DNA of 17,298 bases from an uncultured Acidobacteriota bacterium (GCA_913043225.1 CAJWLU010000043.1:1-17298), one strand, 5' to 3'; shown: positions 1 through 9,565, counted from the first letter of the stretch. Translations and numbers: made by a program. Notes: generated by a model from the letters alone, not told the origin.

Positions 1-597
1 CGCGATCCCCTCCGCGACCTCGGCCGGCGTAATGAAGTGATACCCCTCCTCGGGAAAATCGAGCGAGGCCTCCAACCGCATCGTCAGATCGAACAGTTGT
101 TCATCCAGCGCGGCAATGCGGGCGGTCATCGTCCCTTCGAGCTGGTCGAACGCCACCCGCGCCTGCCTCGGCGTCACCGCCTCGATTAGGTCGGCCACCG
201 CCTCGGCCTGCACCAGATCCAAACGACCGTGGAGGAACGCACGGAAGGTGAACTCCCCCGGCTCGGCCAACCGAGCCCCCGCCGCCACCGCCAGAGCCAC
301 AATGCGGTCCAGCAAGACTGGACTGCCGTGGGCGCTCACCTCGACGACGTCCTCCCCCGTGTAGGACCCTGGACTAGGGAACAAGGTGGCCACCACTTCA
401 TCGATCGCCCGCCGGCGGCTGCCTACGCCGTCCATCAGGGTGGTCACCGTCGCTCGACGCGCTTCGAGCACCGTCGCCCGCCCGAGGAGCGCCTGGGCGA
501 CATCCTGCGCCCGGGCACCACTCAGTCGGACCACCCCCAGCCCCCCGCGGCCTCGTGGCGTCGCTAGGGCAACGATGGTGTCGTCTGAACTGAACAT
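1..597 (-). CDS. mnmE: tRNA modification GTPase MnmE (TrmE), N-terminal 199 aa; runs off the left edge
   Basis: Not in the ORF track. Manual translation from the ATG at 597 gives MFSSDDTIVALATPRGRGGLGVVRLSG...SYTGEDVVEVSAHGSP...ARLAEPGEFTFRAFLHGRLDLVQAEAVADLIEA...LEASLDFPEE, all hallmark MnmE motifs. It occupies the canonical position after yidC-jag. Confidence 0.97.
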   Translation of the reverse strand, partial: MFSSDDTIVALATPRGRGGLGVVRLSGARAQDVAQALLGRATVLEARRATVTTLMDGVGSRRRAIDEVVATLFPSPGSYTGEDVVEVSAHGSPVLLDRIVALAVAAGARLAEPGEFTFRAFLHGRLDLVQAEAVADLIEAVTPRQARVAFDQLEGTMTARIAALDEQLFDLTMRLEASLDFPEEGYHFITPAEVAEGIA

Positions 598-660
598 ACC
601 GGTCTCACTGTGACCGCGGCGCGGCCACTACCTCCGGCAGTATTCGATGCGGGCTGGATC

Positions 661-688
661 CGGTCAACCGCGGGACGGCGGTTGACCG
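661..688. other. Inverted repeat (11-bp perfect stem, 6-nt loop) in the jag-mnmE spacer
   Basis: CGGTCAACCGC (661-671), loop GGGACG, GCGGTTGACCG (678-688). No U-tract on either side, so the function is uncertain. Confidence 0.6.
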
Positions 689-728
689 ATGCGGGCGCGC
701 TCCAGTGGAACGCCTCGAGGTGCTCGGC

Positions 729-1184
729 CTAAGACCTGCTGGCCGAGATGAGCACCGTCTTGAGGAACGCGTCGCCGACACTCTCCGAAGCAACACCGGG
801 GTCGTCGGCGATCGCAAGATGAACGATGCGTCGCGCGTAGGGATTGAGTGGACCAAGCTCCTGAGTCTCGCCGGTCGTCCGCGCCCGGTCGGCAAGCAGC
901 ACCGCGGTCTGTCGCAGTTCCTCGTCCTTCCCCTTCCGGTAGTCGAGACAATCCACGACGATGTGCCCCCTGGTGTGCTCACCTCGAAACACCGCATTGA
1001 CCACATGCTGCAACGCATCCAGACCGACCGCCTTGCGACGCAGCAGAAGCTCTCCAGCTTCGCCATCGACGGTGATACGCGTACCGTCGTCGATCGGTGT
1101 GCACGCCACCTCCACAGACATCCCCATCGCCGAGGCCACCTCCTCAACAAAGCTCACCATCCGAGATTCGAGATCAGCGCTCAC
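729..1184 (-). CDS. jag: Short Jag/EloR/KhpB-family RNA-binding protein (KH-like + R3H domains, no Jag_N domain)
   Basis: 151 aa with a GTG start and upstream GAGGA. KH-like segment LDALQHVVN..IVVDCLDYR and R3H motif LGPLNPYARRIVHLAI..SESVG. Lies between yidC and mnmE. Confidence 0.88.
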   Translation of the reverse strand: MSADLESRMVSFVEEVASAMGMSVEVACTPIDDGTRITVDGEAGELLLRRKAVGLDALQHVVNAVFRGEHTRGHIVVDCLDYRKGKDEELRQTAVLLADRARTTGETQELGPLNPYARRIVHLAIADDPGVASESVGDAFLKTVLISASRS

Positions 1185-1228
1185 TTGGTTCTTCCTCTCA
1201 TGGTTCTGCGCAACCTGCAGCCTGGTGT

Positions 1229-3049
1229 CTAACGGCGTCCCCGTCTCGAGCCGCGACCCGACCGTTTCCTGGATCCGCGGCTCGATCGGGAATCATTCCC
1301 GGAATCTGGTACGGGATCGACGTCGACCACCTCGGGGGTCGCCGCCTGGCGCGTCTGGCGTTCGGCGGCCGGACGTACCTGGCGGGTCCGCGGCGGCCCA
1401 GCCAGCCGGTTGGTAATCACCTGCTGACTGATACCAAACAGATTGCTGGTAAACCAGTAAATCACGAGCCCGCTCGGCGCCCACAGGAACATCACCGTGA
1501 ACATCACCGGCATCAGCATCATGACCTTCTGCTGCATGGGATCGGCGGCCGACGGCGTCAGCCTCTGCTGGAGCACCATCGACGCCCCCATCAGCACCGG
1601 CGTGACATACAGCGGATCCTGCACCGACAGGTCGGTGATCCACCCCATGAACGGCGCGCCTCGAAGCTCAACCGCCATCGACAGCAGACGATAAAAGGCG
1701 ATCAAGATCGGCATGGTGAGCAACATCGGCAGGCATCCACTGACCGGATTCACGCCATGTTTCCCATACAGCTCCATGACTTCCTTGTTCATCTTCTGCT
1801 TGGCTGGATCGGTCGCCTTTAAGCCGGCGTACCTGTCCTGGATGGCCTTCATTTCAGGCTGCACCTCCTGCATCTTGCGCATGGAAGTCACGCTCTTGTG
1901 CCGCAGCGGGAAGATGACGATGTTGATCAGCGCAGTCAGCGCGATGATCGACCAGCCGTAGTTGCCCAAAAAGCCATAGATCCACTTCAGCGTGCGGTGC
2001 AGCGGTACCACGAGCACCGACAGGAAGCCGAAGTCGATCGCGCGGACCAGGTCCGGATCGACGGCGCCCAGCACGTCGAAGTCCTTCGGCCCCAGGAAGA
2101 CGGGGAGTGGATCGGTCCCCACATCCACCGACAGATCGAAGGCCACCAGATCGTGTTCGTCCGCTGCGGTTGAGATCGCACGGAAGTCGACGTGACTCGG
2201 TCGTTCCCCTGGCAGCGCCGCGGCGAGGAAATAATGGTTGTCCACTCCAACGAAGCTGAACTGTCCCTCGTAGCGCGACCGCTCAGCGAGATCGCCGGGC
2301 TGCGGACGAAGGATGTCGGTCTCCTGATACTGCTCACCTTCAAGCTCGCGACCGTAAAGGACACCGGCGGGCAACTGCTGGAACACCAACATTGACGTAT
2401 CGGCCCGTACCCCACCGAGGGCGGGTCCCCACTGTACAGACACCGGGAGCGCATTCCCGTTCCTCGTCACCGTCGCAGTGAAGTCCACCACATAGGGCTG
2501 ACCGGCGGTGGAGAGGAAAGTGAACACCTTCTCGGCCCGCAGCCCGGAACTGTCGGCGTACTCGAAGGTCAGGGAGGCCTCATCGCCCGTCAGCCGGAGC
2601 CCTGACGTGGATGCCTGGAATAGCGCCCCGTCCAGATGGGCGGTGGTCTCAGCATCGCCGGGAATATTCAGCGTGAAGGGCCAGGCTTGATCCGGGGCGA
2701 CATCGGCCGGCACGAGCTCCACCGGACTGCCGGCGTCGTCGGTGTAGTCGAGCAGCTCCCAGCTCACCAGCTTGGCGCCGCGATTTGTAAACACGGCCCG
2801 GACCGAGGCACCCTCTACTGCTATATCGCGCACCGTTGTCTCGCCGACCGCGACCTCCACGGCGATGGCGGGCGACGCTACCGCCGGTGCAGCCGTCGGA
2901 CTCCTCGCGGCCGTCGGCGGCGTCGGTGACACGGGCGCCTCGGCGTCAGCCACCGGACTCTCCGGCGCCGGCGGCGGTCCCACTAGACTCTGATAGGCCA
3001 CCAGTACCAGGAACGACAGGAACACGGCCAACAGGACTCGGCGTTCCAT
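1229..3049 (-). CDS. yidC: Membrane protein insertase YidC (long form with periplasmic domain)
   Basis: N-terminal TM anchor (MERRVLLAVFLSFLVL) and periplasmic domain (FTNRGAKLVSWEL, FLGPKDF). Core motifs GNYGWSII, SMRKMQEVQPEMKAIQ, GVNPVSGCLP, WITDLSVQDP, PSGLVIYW. Confidence 0.98.
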   Translation of the reverse strand: MERRVLLAVFLSFLVLVAYQSLVGPPPAPESPVADAEAPVSPTPPTAARSPTAAPAVASPAIAVEVAVGETTVRDIAVEGASVRAVFTNRGAKLVSWELLDYTDDAGSPVELVPADVAPDQAWPFTLNIPGDAETTAHLDGALFQASTSGLRLTGDEASLTFEYADSSGLRAEKVFTFLSTAGQPYVVDFTATVTRNGNALPVSVQWGPALGGVRADTSMLVFQQLPAGVLYGRELEGEQYQETDILRPQPGDLAERSRYEGQFSFVGVDNHYFLAAALPGERPSHVDFRAISTAADEHDLVAFDLSVDVGTDPLPVFLGPKDFDVLGAVDPDLVRAIDFGFLSVLVVPLHRTLKWIYGFLGNYGWSIIALTALINIVIFPLRHKSVTSMRKMQEVQPEMKAIQDRYAGLKATDPAKQKMNKEVMELYGKHGVNPVSGCLPMLLTMPILIAFYRLLSMAVELRGAPFMGWITDLSVQDPLYVTPVLMGASMVLQQRLTPSAADPMQQKVMMLMPVMFTVMFLWAPSGLVIYWFTSNLFGISQQVITNRLAGPPRTRQVRPAAERQTRQAATPEVVDVDPVPDSGNDSRSSRGSRKRSGRGSRRGRR

Positions 3050-3054
3050 GATTG

Positions 3055-3351
3055 TTAGTGACCAGCCCGCGGCGAAGCGGGTGCTTCCTGCGGCACCGGG
3101 TCATAGCCGCCGGCACGGAACGGGTGGCAGCGCAAGAGCCGACCGAGCGTTAGCCAGCTTCCCCGAAGACTGCCATGCCGACGGAGCGCCGCCTCGGCAT
3201 AGTGGGAACAGGAAGGTTCAAAGCGACAGGAACCCCCAAACAGGGCACCAAAAACAGCGCGGTAGCCGAGCAGGCACAGCACACCGATCCATACGAGCCC
3301 CTGGTCCAATCGATTCCACACGCGAGGCAACAGCGATGGTTTAGCCAGCAC
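3055..3351 (-). CDS. yidD: Membrane protein insertion efficiency factor YidD
   Basis: Motifs CRFEPSCSHY and RLLRCHPFRAGGYDPVP. The track start at 3474 lies deep inside rnpA; the in-frame GTG at 3351, overlapping the rnpA stop, is the likelier start (start uncertain). Confidence 0.92.
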   Translation of the reverse strand: MLAKPSLLPRVWNRLDQGLVWIGVLCLLGYRAVFGALFGGSCRFEPSCSHYAEAALRRHGSLRGSWLTLGRLLRCHPFRAGGYDPVPQEAPASPRAGH

Positions 3352-3706
3352 GGTGGGCTCGGATCTGACGACTGAGGGTTTGGTGGTAGTCGTCGATGAG
3401 TGCGGAAAAGGGAACCTCCGCAAACTCCGGTCGGGGCAGAACGACGAGATCAAGACAGGAAGTCGGCTTGGCATGACGGAACAGCTCCCGCACGCGCCGC
3501 TTTGACCGGTTTCGGTGAATGGCGTTGCCGAGACGCTTCGGAGCGACGATGCCTAGCCGGCTCGCGCTAGACTGACCAGGCACACCAACGAGCGTGAGAT
3601 AGCGTCCGCGCGTCCGCGTGCCTTGTTTCTGGATCAGCAAAAAGTCCGGGCGCCGCCGGATTCGTTCGGTGCGCGGCAGCGCGTGGGTCGGCTGCGGCTC
3701 GCTCAC
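3341..3706 (-). CDS. rnpA: Ribonuclease P protein component
   Basis: ERIRRRPDF, RLGIVAPKRLGNAIHRNRSKRRVRELFR (RNR motif) and DLVVL. GTG start preceded by GGAG; directly downstream of rpmH. Confidence 0.96.
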   Translation of the reverse strand: MSEPQPTHALPRTERIRRRPDFLLIQKQGTRTRGRYLTLVGVPGQSSASRLGIVAPKRLGNAIHRNRSKRRVRELFRHAKPTSCLDLVVLPRPEFAEVPFSALIDDYHQTLSRQIRAHRAG

Positions 3707-3737
3707 GACTGGACTCCGGCGACCGTGCAGCGACTAA

Positions 3738-3878
3738 TCAGCTAGACACCGTCAGCCGACGCCGGCCCTTGGCACGACGGCGACTCAGAATCCGCCGCCC
3801 GGCCGGCGAACTCATGCGTGCACGAAAGCCGTGCGTCTTGCGGCGACGACGGTTGTTGGGTTGGAAAGTGCGTTTCAT
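3738..3878 (-). CDS. rpmH: 50S ribosomal protein L34
   Basis: Not in the ORF track (46 aa). Manual translation: [46 protein letters not shown]. Divergent from dnaA. Confidence 0.98.
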   Translation of the reverse strand: MKRTFQPNNRRRRKTHGFRARMSSPAGRRILSRRRAKGRRRLTVSS

Positions 3879-3915
3879 TTAAATCTCGACCCCTCAAGAA
3901 CAGCGAGAACTCTCC

Positions 3916-3944
3916 ATGCTAACCAAGGCCAGGACCCCTGTCAA
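3916..3944 (-). promoter_or_regulatory. Sigma70-type promoter of the rpmH operon
   Basis: On the minus strand: perfect -35 TTGACA (3944-3939), 17-bp spacer, -10 TAGCAT (3921-3916), about 37 bp upstream of the rpmH ATG. Confidence 0.75.
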
Positions 3945-3993
3945 CGATCTGTTTCCCCTTGAATCGAGGCCAAAGCGACCCCCATGAGCGTGA

Positions 3994-4022
3994 TTGCGGC
4001 CGGAATGGGCCTGTGCTAGAGT
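3994..4022 (+). promoter_or_regulatory. Putative sigma70-type dnaA promoter
   Basis: -35 TTGCGG (3994-3999), 17-bp spacer, extended -10 TGc-TAGAGT (4014-4022). Back-to-back with the rpmH promoter and immediately upstream of the DnaA-box cluster. Confidence 0.55.
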
Positions 4023-4069
4023 CCCGACCTTGCGGCTGGTTAACACCCCAGTGCTTCCCCTACCGAGAG

Positions 4070-4101
4070 TTTTCCACAACTGTGGAAAAAAATGTGGAAA
4101 G
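4070..4101. promoter_or_regulatory. Cluster of three DnaA boxes upstream of dnaA
   Basis: TTTTCCACA (4070-4078, +) and TGTGGAAAA (4081-4089, -) are perfect TTWTNCACA matches. TGTGGAAAG (4093-4101, -) has one mismatch. Confidence 0.88.
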
Positions 4102-4112
4102 TCCACCACTTC

Positions 4113-4224
4113 TGTGATCCGGCCCATTGGAGGCATCGAAACACGCCCAAAGAGCCTATTTTTTGCGAGAAATTACCAGTTTCTTCCAGATTTGGTGTGA
4201 TCCGGCCCCTCTTTGATCCGGTCC
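4113..4224 (+). repeat. Three copies of a 13-bp motif TKTGATCCGGYCC in the dnaA leader
   Basis: TGTGATCCGGCCC at 4113-4125 and an identical copy at 4196-4208; TTTGATCCGGTCC at 4212-4224 (2 mismatches). Confidence 0.7.
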
Positions 4225-4242
4225 GCTGTTCCCCCCAGCCCC

Positions 4243-5601
4243 ATGTCTGAAGCGCAATCGAGCGCCGCCGGACCGGAAAATATCTGGGATCTGGTCCTGG
4301 CCCGCGTCAAGACCAAGGTGAACCGCCATAGTTTCTTCACTTGGTTCAAACCCACGGCTTTTCTTGACGACGACGGGTCAACCGTGCGTGTTAAGGTGCC
4401 GAACGATCTCTTCCGGGATTGGCTTACGAAACACTACGCAGGAGTCATCGCGGAAGCGGTGTCCGACCTCAAACGCGACGGTACCGTGGTGTCATTCGTT
4501 ACCGTAGACGCTCCCGCGCCGCCTCCGGTACCGCCCGCCCCTCCGGTACCCGCGGCTGACCTTCCCAAGGAACGGCCGGGGGCGATAGCCAGACTAAACC
4601 AACGCTACACCTTCGCCAAGTTTGTGGTTGGTTCCTCGAATCAGTTCGCACACGCCGCCGCCAGAGCGGTGGCCGAAGCTCCGTCACGCTCATATAACCC
4701 GCTATTCATCTATGGCGGAGTTGGTCTCGGGAAAACCCACTTAATGCACGCCATTGGTCAATATCTCGACACCCATTCACCACAGCTCGAATTGACCTAT
4801 ATCTCGTCAGAGCGTTTTATGAACGAGATGATCAACGGCGTGCGCTACGACCGAATACTGGAGTTTCGCGAACGCTACAGAAACATGGACATCCTGCTGG
4901 TCGACGACATTCAGTTCCTGGCGGGGAAGGAAGGAACTCAAACCGAGTTCTTTCACACCTTCAATTCGTTGTATGACGCGCAGAAGCAGATAATTATTAG
5001 CAGTGACTGCCCGCCTCATGAGATTCCGCAACTAGAGGAACGACTGCGGTCCCGATTCGAGTGGGGATTGATCGCCGATATCCAGCCACCCGACATCGAG
5101 ACCAAGGTCGCCATCCTCAAGAAGAAGGCGGAAGCTGAGAACGTACCGCTGCCGGACGACGTAGCGCTCTATATCGCCGGCAAGATCAAATCGAACATCC
5201 GGGAACTCGAAGGCTCACTGATCCGGCTTATCGCTTACGCGTCGCTGACGGGTCGCCAAATCTCGCTGCCCCTCGCTCAGGATGTCCTTCGCAACATCCT
5301 CGATCGAGACGACGCCAAGGTTACGATCGATGTCATTCAAAAGTTGGTGGCGACGCGCTATTCACTCAAAGTCAGCGATCTTAAGTCCAGAAACAGCTCC
5401 AAGTTGGTGGCCGAACCCCGCCAGATAGCCATGTATCTGTGCAAGTCGCTCACTAATGCATCACTACCTCAAATAGGCAAGAGCTTCGGTGGGAAGCACC
5501 ATTCCACGGTCATCCATTCCATCCGGAAGATAGAAGCCAGACGCAAGCAGGACGCGAGCTTCAACTCGCTCATGGAAACCCTGATGAAGTCGTTCGACTG
5601 A
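4243..5601 (+). CDS. dnaA: Chromosomal replication initiator DnaA
   Basis: YTFAKFVVGSSN, YNPLFIYGGVGLGKTHL (Walker A), LLVDDIQF (Walker B), RLRSRFEWGL, NIRELEG, and domain IV RQIAMYL...GGKHHSTVIHS. The ATG at 4243 is preferred over the track's TTG at 4213. Confidence 0.98.
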   Translation: MSEAQSSAAGPENIWDLVLARVKTKVNRHSFFTWFKPTAFLDDDGSTVRVKVPNDLFRDWLTKHYAGVIAEAVSDLKRDGTVVSFVTVDAPAPPPVPPAPPVPAADLPKERPGAIARLNQRYTFAKFVVGSSNQFAHAAARAVAEAPSRSYNPLFIYGGVGLGKTHLMHAIGQYLDTHSPQLELTYISSERFMNEMINGVRYDRILEFRERYRNMDILLVDDIQFLAGKEGTQTEFFHTFNSLYDAQKQIIISSDCPPHEIPQLEERLRSRFEWGLIADIQPPDIETKVAILKKKAEAENVPLPDDVALYIAGKIKSNIRELEGSLIRLIAYASLTGRQISLPLAQDVLRNILDRDDAKVTIDVIQKLVATRYSLKVSDLKSRNSSKLVAEPRQIAMYLCKSLTNASLPQIGKSFGGKHHSTVIHSIRKIEARRKQDASFNSLMETLMKSFD

Positions 5602-5864
5602 GCCAGAAACCGGGCAGTTTTCCACAGTTAAAAGCAATCTTCTTGTGGACGGTTTGTGCACTTCTTGACTGTCGGCGTGCCTGCAGAAATCTGCATGGTT
5701 TTTCCAGACAGTGATTGATAGTCTAAATATCTGATTTAAAAGGAGTTTTTAAGCATTGGTCGGTTTTCAACAACACTAAAGATCCTTGATATAATTATTC
5801 TTTCTCACGCAAGTGCGTGAAAGACCCCGTTTAGCGGTTCATTACCTTCGAGGTCACCCTCTAT
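5602..5864. other. Probable oriC (dnaA-dnaN intergenic, unwinding part)
   Basis: About 30% GC over 5701-5800 by hand count, in a GC-rich window. DnaA boxes: TTTTCCACA 5618-5626 (perfect), TTTTCCAGA 5700-5708 and TTTTCAACA 5764-5772 (1 mismatch each), plus weaker reverse boxes at 5644-5652 and 5655-5663. An AT-rich tract GATATAATTATTCTTT follows the last box. Confidence 0.85.
5724..5736 (-). promoter_or_regulatory. IHF-consensus binding site within oriC
   Basis: The minus strand reads AATCAG-ATAT-TTA, an exact match to WATCARNNNNTTR, located between two DnaA boxes. Confidence 0.6.
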
Positions 5865-6992
5865 ATGGAACTCACCGTTCGCAAAGCCGAACTCCTCAAA
5901 GAACTTCAGCTTTTTCAAGGCATCGTCGAGCGAAAAAATACGATTCCCATTCTGGCCAACGTCTTGGTCGAGGCCGAGGACGGGGCGGACCACGCCCGCC
6001 TGGCGGCCACGGACTTGGAGGTTGGGCTCCGGAGTCGGTGCGAAGCCGGGGTTGAGAAGGGTGGATCACTGACACTTCCGGCGAAGAAGCTCTTTGAGAT
6101 CGTCCGTGCGCTTCCCGACACTGAGGTGCGCATCGCGCAGTCGGCGGCCGGGTCGGTTAGTGTCTCGGCCGAGCGGTTCAGCTCGCGGATTCAAACGTTA
6201 CCCATGGATGACTTCCCGGCGTTGCCGGAGCCGGCCGAGACTGATGCGGTGACTCTGCCAGGCGCGGGACTGCGCGAGATGGTCGACAAAACCCAGTTCG
6301 CGATCACGGGCGAAGATACCCGGTTCTTTCTCAATGGTGCGTTGTTCCTGTTGACGCCGTCTACGATGACATTGGTGGCGACCGACGGGCATCGTCTGGC
6401 GTTGGTGGCCGCAGCCCTCGACGGTGGTAACGAGGCGCCCGACGAGGAAGAAGAGGCAGGGGTGATCCTGCCAAAGAAAACCATCTGGGAACTGGCGCGT
6501 CTGGTGGCGGATGATGAAGTGGCCGTGACGTATCGACGGGGTGAGAATCACCTCTTTTTTGACATTGGCGGCCGACAACTAATCTCACGCATGATCGACG
6601 CACAGTTCCCGGCCTACGAACGGGTTATCCCTAAAGGTAACGATAAACGGATCGAGTTTGAGCGGGATCGCCTCACGAGTGCCGTTAAAAGGGTGGCGCT
6701 TTTATCGAGTGAGCGGTCCCGGGCGGTCAAGTTAAACATCGACGCCGGGAAGGTGGAGATCACCTCGAGCAGCCCCGAGGTGGGTGAAGCTTCTGAGGTG
6801 CTAGCCGTCGAGTATGAGGGTGAGGCTCTTGGTATCTGCTTCAACGCGCAGTATTTAATCGATTTTCTTGGAGTTGTACGAACCGACAACGTTGGTCTCG
6901 ATTTTAAGGACGAACTCAGTCAGGCCGTGTTGTCACCCGTGGCAAACGACGGATATGACTACACCTACGTGATCATGCCGATGAGGGTCTGA
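5865..6992 (+). CDS. dnaN: DNA polymerase III beta sliding clamp
   Basis: IPILANVL, ATDLEVG, PAKKLFEIVRALP, RFFLNG, VATDGHRL, FPAYERVIP, FNAQYLIDFL and C-terminal VIMPMRV. GAGGT SD at 5850-5854. Confidence 0.98.
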   Translation: MELTVRKAELLKELQLFQGIVERKNTIPILANVLVEAEDGADHARLAATDLEVGLRSRCEAGVEKGGSLTLPAKKLFEIVRALPDTEVRIAQSAAGSVSVSAERFSSRIQTLPMDDFPALPEPAETDAVTLPGAGLREMVDKTQFAITGEDTRFFLNGALFLLTPSTMTLVATDGHRLALVAAALDGGNEAPDEEEEAGVILPKKTIWELARLVADDEVAVTYRRGENHLFFDIGGRQLISRMIDAQFPAYERVIPKGNDKRIEFERDRLTSAVKRVALLSSERSRAVKLNIDAGKVEITSSSPEVGEASEVLAVEYEGEALGICFNAQYLIDFLGVVRTDNVGLDFKDELSQAVLSPVANDGYDYTYVIMPMRV

Positions 6993-7021
6993 CCCAAAGC
7001 CCGCACAGTAGGCATGTCTAA

Positions 7022-9565
<2,544 letters not shown>

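Noticed and set aside
605..1822. Alternative-frame and antisense ORFs over jag and yidC (605-1150, 705-1232, 961-1416, 1097-1822)
   Set aside because: They overlap well-supported genes, have low-information Arg/Pro/Ser-rich composition and show no family motifs.
3352..3474. N-terminal extension of yidD given in the ORF track
   Set aside because: It lies entirely within rnpA in another frame and does not resemble YidD; a start near 3351 fits the usual overlap.
3894..4355. Short ORFs in the rpmH-dnaA spacer (3894-4136, 3994-4200, 4173-4355)
   Set aside because: They overlap promoters, DnaA boxes or dnaA itself, with no convincing SD or protein features.
5682..5695. Short inverted repeat TGCAGA-AA-TCTGCA in oriC
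   Set aside because: The 6-bp arms are too short to distinguish from chance, and I cannot assign a factor.
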